Source of the DNA: Candidatus Heimdallarchaeota archaeon
GTDB lineage: Archaea; Asgardarchaeota; Heimdallarchaeia; Heimdallarchaeales; Heimdallarchaeaceae
Reading direction: 5' to 3'
NCBI GenBank assembly: GCA_030668825.1
Contig: DAOVET010000016.1
Location: 1-41,264, forward strand
Length of the DNA stretch: 41,264 bases
Shown: piece by piece, positions 9,886-18,163 of the stretch
Position numbering within the stretch: the first letter of the stretch is position 1
Layout: each line of letters opens with the position of its first letter
Notes under the pieces: model-generated
Database searches by the model: none
What the model saw: only the letters and a program-made list of their open reading frames with translations
What the model was told of the DNA's origin: nothing
Position numbers and translations under genes: made by a program

Positions 9886-10655
9886 TCAAGTTCGTAAAAG
9901 AATAGCTCAGTAATAGAATAAGTCGAATGTAAATCACTTATTTTCTCTTTACTACTTAAGAGATACTCTTGAAAATCTTCTACTGTATTTTTAAAAATCT
10001 CATCATCAATATCCCACATACTTGTAAAATATCTTTTTAGTAAACTATCAACTATTTCTAAGTTTTTTATTTCTGCAGCAACTTGTGATACAAGCATTTT
10101 TGGTTTAAATCCTTTATCATTCATAAAATGCTGAAAATTCTGAATAACAGTATCATCAAATTTTGGTTCTTTCCACTGATTTTCTATTAATAGTTCTCTA
10201 AATTTGAGATAATACGGATGGTTAAGTACGTCAGTAAAAGCATTTCCAATTAATAATGCACTTGTAGATTTTGATATTTCACTAATAAACTTCTCATAAT
10301 TCTTGATTAGATGTACAAAATGAATTGCTGTAATTAAGTGAAAATTCTTGTTAAAGGGTAGAAACAAACTATCTGCTTGTATAAGATAGCAAGGGGGGAT
10401 AGTATCTTTCTTCTGGAACTCTTGCAACATTTTTGTAGAGATGTCAATTCCATAAAGGCTGTGTTTTGGAGAAGTAATAAAAGATTCAATTCTCCCTGTG
10501 CCCACTCCTATAGATAGAATCCTGTAATTGGAAGAACTGTATTTGTAATCCAAAAATGTGTATATCTTTTCTTTAAAGAACTGAATTGATTCGTTTGGAA
10601 TTTTACGTGTAAAATCGTATACACTTGCTACTTGATCATAGTTTTTGTAATTCAT
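9882..10655 (-). CDS. Class I SAM-dependent methyltransferase
   Basis: YD..A..YD N-terminus, SIGVGTGR motif I, GIDISTKML and QADSLFLPF. The ATG at 10655 abuts the upstream gene's stop. Confidence 0.88.
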   Translation of the reverse strand: MNYKNYDQVASVYDFTRKIPNESIQFFKEKIYTFLDYKYSSSNYRILSIGVGTGRIESFITSPKHSLYGIDISTKMLQEFQKKDTIPPCYLIQADSLFLPFNKNFHLITAIHFVHLIKNYEKFISEISKSTSALLIGNAFTDVLNHPYYLKFRELLIENQWKEPKFDDTVIQNFQHFMNDKGFKPKMLVSQVAAEIKNLEIVDSLLKRYFTSMWDIDDEIFKNTVEDFQEYLLSSKEKISDLHSTYSITELFFYELD

Positions 10656-10656
10656 T

Positions 10657-11742
10657 TTACTTCCACAAATATCTATCAAATTCAACTAATCTCTTAGATT
10701 TTTCTCCTACTAAAACATCATCTTCTATTCGAATTCCAAATTTACCAGGAATGTAAATTCCAGGCTCATCTGTATGAACATTTCCTGCAACCAATGGTTC
10801 CTTATTTCCTTTGACTATGTAGGGTTCTTCGTGTACCTGTAACCCTAACCCGTGACCTAATCTATGAGTAAAGTACTGTCCATATCCAGCTTTTTCAATT
10901 ACTTCCCTTGCTGCAAAATCTACTTGTTCAGCTGGAACCCCCGATCTGGAAACTTCAAGAGCCTTGTTATTAGCCTCCTCAACTATACTATATACATCAA
11001 GGAACGCCTGTGATGGTTTTCCATGAACACTTGTGACTGTTATATCAGCAAAGTAATGGTCGCATGTTGTTCCTGCATCAACAAGAATCACACTATTGTG
11101 TTTCAGTTTCTTCTTTGATGGCTTTCCATGTGGTACAGCACTGTTTTCATCAATTTGAACTAATGCCCATCCCATCTCTCCTGAAATAAGGGCCATTTGT
11201 TCTTGTACAATTTTCAATATTTCCAGTTCAGTTTGGCCAGTTTGAACAACCTCAAGGGCTGAAGCTATACCAGCAGTTGTATCTTCAGAAGCCTTTGTCA
11301 TTCTTTGAATCTCTTCTTCAGTTTTTACTGATCTAAACTCATTTATTATTGGTCCTGCGTCAACAAAGGCTGCTTCTGGGAACTGATGTTTCAATCTCTT
11401 GTAAATTTCAAAAGGAGTAGAAGGTTCTAAAGCAATCTTCTTTGGACTAGATGAAAGAGCGTTTTTTAGAATTAAATATGGGTTTTCTTCCTCCTTCCAT
11501 GTTACTATTTCATCAAATGTAGTCTGAATTTGCATATTCTCTTTTTCAAATGAAGGAGCTATTAGTATAGAATCTTCTGAAGATGAAAGAATCCCACAAA
11601 TCAATCTCTCACTCAATCCCAAATACCCTTTAAACAAATAGAAGAAATTAATTGAAGGTGGAACCATCAGCATATCTATTTCTTCATTTTTTAGAACATC
11701 AGCAATCATATTTTGCCTTTTAATATAATCTATAGGTTTCAC
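10657..11742 (-). CDS. pepQ: Xaa-Pro dipeptidase/aminopeptidase (M24B)
   Basis: Creatinase-type N-domain, RSVKTEEEI, D..G......ADIT, HRLGHGLGLQVHE, EPGIY and GIRIEDDV metal motifs. Confidence 0.93.
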   Translation of the reverse strand: MKPIDYIKRQNMIADVLKNEEIDMLMVPPSINFFYLFKGYLGLSERLICGILSSSEDSILIAPSFEKENMQIQTTFDEIVTWKEEENPYLILKNALSSSPKKIALEPSTPFEIYKRLKHQFPEAAFVDAGPIINEFRSVKTEEEIQRMTKASEDTTAGIASALEVVQTGQTELEILKIVQEQMALISGEMGWALVQIDENSAVPHGKPSKKKLKHNSVILVDAGTTCDHYFADITVTSVHGKPSQAFLDVYSIVEEANNKALEVSRSGVPAEQVDFAAREVIEKAGYGQYFTHRLGHGLGLQVHEEPYIVKGNKEPLVAGNVHTDEPGIYIPGKFGIRIEDDVLVGEKSKRLVEFDRYLWK

Positions 11743-11828
11743 ATCTTTGTTTTGGAGAGTTTATATTTAGATTTTTTGTATAAAAGATTCTGCAAAACAT
11801 TTATTGAAGTTAAAAGATATATTATCAT

Positions 11829-14123
11829 ATGCATCTTTCTTCGCTAGATACCAGACCTTTTAATAAATTTGTAGAAATGGAATTAGAAAGAGATAATCTT
11901 TATCGCTCATTTACAACTTTAGATGAACCTAAGGAAATTTCTACAGCATGGATTATCTTTGCAGAATCATGTGCTCAAAACCTATCATCAATCAACAGTT
12001 TGGCGGATATGGCTATTGAGAGACTATATGACGTGTTTCTTGAAGTAAAGGAAACTAACAAAAATCCATTACCTCTTCATCATCTTCTTTATGGTGATTT
12101 CTCTAACCAACTAATGGCTCTTAATCAATTTGAGCTTCAATTAGGTGTACTTACGTATGTTTATTCTCAAGTGAGAAATAGAGGAGTCTTTGGTTTTTCT
12201 CCTTCAACTAGTCAATACATATACTACATTACTGCAAAAAAATCTATTGACAGAATTCTCTATCGAGTACTGTATAATGAGATTCCTGAAGCAAGCACAC
12301 CAAGCTTGACCCCTGCTCCAATCATAGGTGACATATTGAATGTGTTAATGCCGCTAGTTCAACTAGAAAATATGAAAAGACTTCTTCCGATTTACGATAA
12401 TCTTCCTGATAGTGATAAAGATTTAGGCGTATTAATGGTTAAAAGTGAATATGATTACTTACAAGGAGTTACATTGCTTTCAAATATAATTGATGTTTCT
12501 AAGAAGGCTGCACAAGATTTCTGGTGGGCTGATCCTATAAGTGAAATATCCATATTGAATCACGCTAAAGAACATTTTGAGACTACAGTTGAAATTTGGA
12601 ATAAAAGCCCTGAAACTCAAGGAAAGCGAGCAATAACAATTCAAAAGGAATTTTTACCAATAGTTGAAGCTCATAGTTCTCTTTCTCTCGTACAACACTT
12701 TAAATTACTTGCAAATGGCGCATTAGAGAGTGGGGATCTTAAGCATGCGTCTAAATATTATGCAAAAGCATTGAAAGAATATAAGAAGGCTTGTGATCTT
12801 CTAGAACAAACAGAAAATTCCGAAGGACAAAAAATACAAAAACAATATCAGCAAGAGGAATCAGAACTAAAAATTCTACATATTTTAACCAAATTAGGAT
12901 TAAAACACACCATTATTGTAGAAAAATTATATGAACAAAAGACAGAAGAGGCTCTTCTAGCATGTGTTGACATAGAAAAATTACTCGGTGAAATAGAAGG
13001 AACAGGATCATTACCTTACATTTATGGGGTTAGTGTAGCATATTCTTCAGCCTCAACAATAATAAATGAACTACTTCAACAGGATTTATCCCATTTGAAC
13101 ATAATTGATAGACTTGTTTCTCAGTTTAGCTTTCCTTTAAAATCTATGAGTTCAGCTCTCTCTGAAGTTAATTTATCTTTTCTCAAAGTTAATGATGAGA
13201 ACCCTAGAGCAAGTTTTACCGAATTACAAGAACTTGATGAGAAGCTCTCATATTTAGAAAAAGCCATTGAACTTCTACCTTCTTTTATACCTGAGAGGGA
13301 TCACCAAAGAAAGAAAGTTCATGCCATAAGATACTACGTTAAGTCATTGATATCTGAAAATAAGGTATATTTGTTTGCAGATAATAATATTGTTCTAGAT
13401 TTAATTTTACGTTCTAGAGCGCATTATTTTGCCAAGAAAGCTGAGCAAAGCATGATTGGTATAAAGAAGCAAGAAAAGGAATTAAAAAACCTGATTAATG
13501 AAAGGATGATTGAGACTAAAACTGTGGGAATGGTAACTGAATCAAGTTTGTTAACACTAGGTCTTCAAAGTACATACAAGAATGTACTTAGAAAGTTTAT
13601 CGAAGAAATGATTGGAGTTACAATTGAATCTGAGGAGTTGCCAGAATTTCTAGCTGAAGCAGTTGAGAAGCAATTTGCAGAAATGACTGAATTTCATGAA
13701 TTAATGGATCTTATATTATTAGATACTCAAGAATTAATAGCAACAAGCAAAAACGTTTCCATTAAGGGAAATGAAATCAACTGGGATTTTGTAAAAAGAA
13801 GAAATATCTTTGGACCTGTTATCAAAAAGATGTATGAGGGTTTACAAGGGGTCATTCTTGGTGAACTTTACGCTATTGTAAAGAAACCGTCTAAGGCTTC
13901 AAGTAAATATACTAAATCAAGTAAGAACTTTTACGAAGTCAGCGAGACACTAGGAAAAATAGCAGAATATCTGGAAGAACAGAAAGAAATGCCTAAGATG
14001 ATATATACATTTTCTTTGTTCTGTCGAGAGAACAGCAAAGCAATTAGAGATAGAAGGAAAAGACAACCAGTTCCTTATCCAGAGATAGTTTCAATTCTCG
14101 ATTACCTCCTCCTCAATCTTTAA
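11829..14123 (+). CDS. Large all-alpha (TPR-like/solenoid) protein, unknown function
   Basis: 764 aa, helical composition, TPR-like segments (ASKYYAKALKEYKKA; ASSKYTKSSKNFYE). Ends 10 bp before the GTPase gene. Confidence 0.7.
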   Translation: MHLSSLDTRPFNKFVEMELERDNLYRSFTTLDEPKEISTAWIIFAESCAQNLSSINSLADMAIERLYDVFLEVKETNKNPLPLHHLLYGDFSNQLMALNQFELQLGVLTYVYSQVRNRGVFGFSPSTSQYIYYITAKKSIDRILYRVLYNEIPEASTPSLTPAPIIGDILNVLMPLVQLENMKRLLPIYDNLPDSDKDLGVLMVKSEYDYLQGVTLLSNIIDVSKKAAQDFWWADPISEISILNHAKEHFETTVEIWNKSPETQGKRAITIQKEFLPIVEAHSSLSLVQHFKLLANGALESGDLKHASKYYAKALKEYKKACDLLEQTENSEGQKIQKQYQQEESELKILHILTKLGLKHTIIVEKLYEQKTEEALLACVDIEKLLGEIEGTGSLPYIYGVSVAYSSASTIINELLQQDLSHLNIIDRLVSQFSFPLKSMSSALSEVNLSFLKVNDENPRASFTELQELDEKLSYLEKAIELLPSFIPERDHQRKKVHAIRYYVKSLISENKVYLFADNNIVLDLILRSRAHYFAKKAEQSMIGIKKQEKELKNLINERMIETKTVGMVTESSLLTLGLQSTYKNVLRKFIEEMIGVTIESEELPEFLAEAVEKQFAEMTEFHELMDLILLDTQELIATSKNVSIKGNEINWDFVKRRNIFGPVIKKMYEGLQGVILGELYAIVKKPSKASSKYTKSSKNFYEVSETLGKIAEYLEEQKEMPKMIYTFSLFCRENSKAIRDRRKRQPVPYPEIVSILDYLLLNL

Positions 14124-14133
14124 AACTTTCAGA

Positions 14134-15063
14134 ATGATAGTTCTTCGAGAGAGAATGGAAGATATTCAGAAGTTGAACAAAAATGGAATTCCAATAACTA
14201 TAATTGGACTACCATATGTAGGAAAAACAACTCTTGTGAATTGGATTAAAGAGGGTAGATTCACAAGACCAAAACCTACTGTTGGTGTTAACTTTGAAGA
14301 AATAAAAATTAGCAACATAAATTTCAGTATCTTCGACATCTCAGGACAAAAATCCTTCCGTTCTACAATCTGGAAATCATACGTAATGACTTCTGTAGGG
14401 ATTATTTTTATTCTCGATTCCTCAGATAGAGAACAGCTTGAAGAAGCTTCTAAATGGTTCTGGATAATGGTTGATGAATGGTTGCAAGACAACTATTCTG
14501 ACAAAGTAATAATGTTCGTAGCTAATAAAGCTGACTTACAAAAATCAATGAATCTTGAAGAGATTATTGAAGTTCTAAATCTCACAAAAATGTCTCAGTA
14601 TCAGAACCTCTCCTTTCAATTCTTTAAGACATCCTTCAGAGAAGCTAAAAACACAGAATATGCAATGAAATGGTTTGTAAGTAAGGTTAAACAACTAATC
14701 GACATTCAGAAGGTAACACCAAATGCACTCTTAATTACAGATGTTGACGGAAACATTCTACACCTCTTTGATCCAGACAATATTGTTGAAGATTCGAACA
14801 TGTTTGTTGGATATCTCAACGCATTGAGCGGTTTTACAAATGAACTTCTTGGTCATAATAAATTCAAGGTTATAAAAGTTGATCCTTACTTCTACTTCAT
14901 ATGTGAAGAGAAAGATTATGTTATATCTATAGCTGTAGATAACGAGCAAACATTACCTGAAGCTAGGAGATTAGCTTTTCTTGTCACTGAATATTTATCC
15001 ATAAACAAAGAAAAGCTGAATAAGGAGAAACTAGCAGATTTCGTTAAATCACTATTAGCATAG
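14134..15063 (+). CDS. Arf-like small GTPase fused to a C-terminal longin/roadblock-like domain
   Basis: G1 GLPYVGKTT, G2 PTVG, G3 FDISGQKSFRSTIWKSY (Arf-type), G4 NKAD. C-terminal beta-beta-alpha-beta-beta-beta-alpha pattern (LLITDVDG..YLNALSGFTNEL..YVISIAVD). Confidence 0.88.
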   Translation: MIVLRERMEDIQKLNKNGIPITIIGLPYVGKTTLVNWIKEGRFTRPKPTVGVNFEEIKISNINFSIFDISGQKSFRSTIWKSYVMTSVGIIFILDSSDREQLEEASKWFWIMVDEWLQDNYSDKVIMFVANKADLQKSMNLEEIIEVLNLTKMSQYQNLSFQFFKTSFREAKNTEYAMKWFVSKVKQLIDIQKVTPNALLITDVDGNILHLFDPDNIVEDSNMFVGYLNALSGFTNELLGHNKFKVIKVDPYFYFICEEKDYVISIAVDNEQTLPEARRLAFLVTEYLSINKEKLNKEKLADFVKSLLA

Positions 15064-15158
15064 AAAGGGAAAGAATTTTATATATCAAAAAGAGGGTAGT
15101 TCCGTAAAGAATATAAAGACTTTGGATTTATTTTCTTTGTATTATATGGTGATAATTA

Positions 15159-15743
15159 ATGAACTGTAGATTCTGCAAACTAACAGACATTGAACTTATG
15201 GAAGGAGGAGTATACAAATGCCCTTACTGTGGATATTCCTTTGATGTATCAAAAACAGCAATCCTTTACGATAAAATTATGAAAATGCCCCTATCTTCCT
15301 GGTTGTTAGCTTCCATCCTCTGGTTTTCTGCAATACTAACAGGAGTATTACTAGGATTAGGATTTACTAGTGGTTCATTGAGTACAACAATATTATTCTT
15401 GTTCATTTATGGAGCTTCGGCTTTTCTATATGGTTTTTCAACTTCCTTAGATATGTTGCAAACTTATTGGTTATTTATCAAATATAAGTTTCGTAAAGTA
15501 AGTAAAAACTTAGATGAGGTTAAACTGGAAATGCAAGCTCTGAAAAAGAAGAAGATAGTAAGTGAGATGGCAACAGGTCAATCTCTTGATGAATCAACAG
15601 GAAAATTCATTGATACTGATATTCGACCAGGAGAGAAAAGAATTCCAGCAATAGCTCCAGCATTTCTTGCAGGATTATATACTATAGGATTAGCTGTTTT
15701 ATTCACAATAATCTTCACTGTAGCCTTTCCACCATTCAATTAG
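15159..15743 (+). CDS. Zinc-ribbon membrane protein
   Basis: N-terminal CRFC...CPYC followed by three hydrophobic segments. Confidence 0.75.
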   Translation: MNCRFCKLTDIELMEGGVYKCPYCGYSFDVSKTAILYDKIMKMPLSSWLLASILWFSAILTGVLLGLGFTSGSLSTTILFLFIYGASAFLYGFSTSLDMLQTYWLFIKYKFRKVSKNLDEVKLEMQALKKKKIVSEMATGQSLDESTGKFIDTDIRPGEKRIPAIAPAFLAGLYTIGLAVLFTIIFTVAFPPFN

Positions 15744-15758
15744 ATTACATCAATTTCT

Positions 15759-16601
15759 TTATTTTATTAAGGATCTAAGATAAGCTAAATTACCTATATC
15801 ATTTCTCCTTTCATCAATAGGAGTTTCTAATATCCATGGAATTTGATTGAAATCTTTATCATTTATCATTGTCCTAAATCCCTCTTTGCCTATATGACCT
15901 AAACCTATATGCTCATGTCTATCTCTAAGTGAATTCAACTCTCCTAGAGAATCATTTGCATGAACCAGAGCTATATTAGTTAGACCAATATTGTCCTCTA
16001 GAATTTCCTTAGTGTTTTGTACAGCCTTGGAATTTCTAAGATCATATCCTGAACCAAATCCATGACATGTATCAAAACACACCTGCACAGCATGTGAATC
16101 ATTAATCTCAGTCATAATCTTCCCAATATTTTTGAACGAACCTGTTAAGGAATTTTTTCCACCGGATGAGTTCTCAACTAAAATTGTAACTTTACCCTCA
16201 GAAGTTTCAATTCCTTTTAATATAGATTGTACATATTTGGTTAAACCTTGTTCCAAAGTTCCTCCTTTATATGATCCTCCATGAACAACAAAATAAGGAA
16301 TTTCTAAAATTTTACATCTTTCAATTTCAATAGAAAAACAGTCAATTGATTTCTTATACATTTCAGAATTCTGTGATGCAAGATTAGGAAGATAAGAAAT
16401 GTGAGCGAAGTTTGGATAAATCTTTTTAGTTGACTGATTAGTTCTGAACTTACTTATCTCCTCTTCAGATAGAATTTTTGCTGCCCAACCTCTAGGATTT
16501 TTAACAAAAACTTGGAAAACATCGCATCCTTTATCCTTAGCTCGATCAAAAGCTAAATCTACCGATTTGGATATGGAAACATGACAACCAAGCTTTACCA
16601 T
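15759..16601 (-). CDS. nfo: Endonuclease IV (AP endonuclease)
   Basis: LGCHVS, H.SY..NL, VVHGGS, CFDTCH, HANDS, DRHEHIG and ILETP motifs. Confidence 0.96.
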   Translation of the reverse strand: MVKLGCHVSISKSVDLAFDRAKDKGCDVFQVFVKNPRGWAAKILSEEEISKFRTNQSTKKIYPNFAHISYLPNLASQNSEMYKKSIDCFSIEIERCKILEIPYFVVHGGSYKGGTLEQGLTKYVQSILKGIETSEGKVTILVENSSGGKNSLTGSFKNIGKIMTEINDSHAVQVCFDTCHGFGSGYDLRNSKAVQNTKEILEDNIGLTNIALVHANDSLGELNSLRDRHEHIGLGHIGKEGFRTMINDKDFNQIPWILETPIDERRNDIGNLAYLRSLIK

Positions 16602-16623
16602 TCACAATGCCCTCCTTTTGAAT

Positions 16624-17613
16624 CTAAAAATCATACGAAGAAGCTAACTGCATATATTTTGTCGACAATGCTACAACCTTGTCTCTTGCTGCCCCTGGTT
16701 CCTCTTGGAGAACTTGAGAGTAATAGACTTTTGCTCTTACATATGCTCTATAAGATTTGTAAAAGTTAACTATTGGAGATTCAGATGTAAAATCACTATT
16801 GATTTCTTCAAGATACTCTTTCATAAATAATGCAGATAAATCATATAACCTGTGAAAATCTAAATCCATTGCGAGGAATGCAACTTCTTCGAGAATATCT
16901 TGGATTCTAAGCATTTCATTGAATTCAATACAATCAAAAATAATAATTTCTCCTTTGAAATAGAAGATATTTGCTAGAATCAAATCTCCATGGCCCTCTA
17001 CAATTTTCCCTTGATTGGAGCGTTCGTTAAAAAAGTTTCTATTTTTCTCCAAAAAATCAAACACTCTTGTTTCTAAATCTGAATCTAGCGGAAAGTCAGG
17101 ATAAGTTTTTGTTGTACGGAAATTTTCATCCCATTTTTCAAATATATTTTCATATAAAGAAAATTCAGGATGAATAGTGTTTTTCTTATGAAATTCAGCA
17201 ATGATTTTTGCCAGTTTAATGAAGATTACATCTGATAATTCTTCATTATTATTAACTTTATTTAATAACAAATCTTCTTGAGGTAATTGCTTCATTTTTA
17301 CTAGGTATTCTAATGGTTTACCTTCAGTGGAAAATTCTAAATTGTCATTAATTTGAACGATTTCCAGGTAAATAGAAGGAGCTAAGCGCTTATTGTAAAA
17401 AAGTTCATTTTTGCAAGCTTGAAACCTTTTTTCAATTGTGGAAAAATCCAAAATATCTCCAAATTTGAGTGATTTTTTCATTTTATATACATATAAACCA
17501 GTTAAGAAAACCCAACTTATATGGGTTTCAATCATCTGAATATCCTTGTTGGTTTCATGTGGATAAAATGATGATTTTTGCAAGTTATAAAGTATCTTTT
17601 CCTGTGATAGCAT
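16624..17613 (-). CDS. Aminoglycoside-phosphotransferase-like kinase (COG2187 type)
   Basis: IETHISWVFLTG..YK.KK, E...N.RLAP..YL, HGDL...NI, FDCIEFN and YRAYVRAKV. Probable start MLSQE at 17613. Confidence 0.88.
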   Translation of the reverse strand: MLSQEKILYNLQKSSFYPHETNKDIQMIETHISWVFLTGLYVYKMKKSLKFGDILDFSTIEKRFQACKNELFYNKRLAPSIYLEIVQINDNLEFSTEGKPLEYLVKMKQLPQEDLLLNKVNNNEELSDVIFIKLAKIIAEFHKKNTIHPEFSLYENIFEKWDENFRTTKTYPDFPLDSDLETRVFDFLEKNRNFFNERSNQGKIVEGHGDLILANIFYFKGEIIIFDCIEFNEMLRIQDILEEVAFLAMDLDFHRLYDLSALFMKEYLEEINSDFTSESPIVNFYKSYRAYVRAKVYYSQVLQEEPGAARDKVVALSTKYMQLASSYDF

Positions 17614-18163
17614 CGTTAATCCTTTCCAATATTTCATTATGTTCGAAAGCCATATTAACTTCAATATGTGGAAGTCTTGTTGGCTCAAATAGTTTCTTGA
17701 ATTTCTCATATATTTGTGAATCTGCATCACTTAGGGTTCGTCTAGTTCTCTTCTCTCTCTCTTTGAACCTTTTACTGATTATGCTATCAGGACAATCGAC
17801 TATTACAAGAACAAACATAGCGTCAAATCTTGCACAGATTCTTCTTACTTTACTGCGAAGCCTTTCTTGATAAAAAGTTCCATCTAGAACGCACCCCACT
17901 CCATTTTTCAAAAGTGTATAAAGCACATAATAGATTGTATCGTAAACTACCATTCTTTGCCTAGTACTATAAGAACCTCTACCAAATGTATTCCTTCTTA
18001 CATCTCTAAAAATTCTTTTTCTAACGGAATCTGTGCTTATATGCTCTAGTCCATATCTTCTTGCTAGTTTTCTTGCTAATGTAGACTTACCTGTCCCTGG
18101 AAGTCCTGCAAGTACTATCACAAGTGGTGGTTTTCTACGTGGTTTTGATGAGATATAATTCAC
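17585..18163 (-). CDS. AAA_33-family P-loop kinase (COG0645 type)
   Basis: GLPGTGKST, STDSVRK, VLDGTF and SDAD motifs. Confidence 0.9.
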   Translation of the reverse strand: MNYISSKPRRKPPLVIVLAGLPGTGKSTLARKLARRYGLEHISTDSVRKRIFRDVRRNTFGRGSYSTRQRMVVYDTIYYVLYTLLKNGVGCVLDGTFYQERLRSKVRRICARFDAMFVLVIVDCPDSIISKRFKEREKRTRRTLSDADSQIYEKFKKLFEPTRLPHIEVNMAFEHNEILERINDAITGKDTL

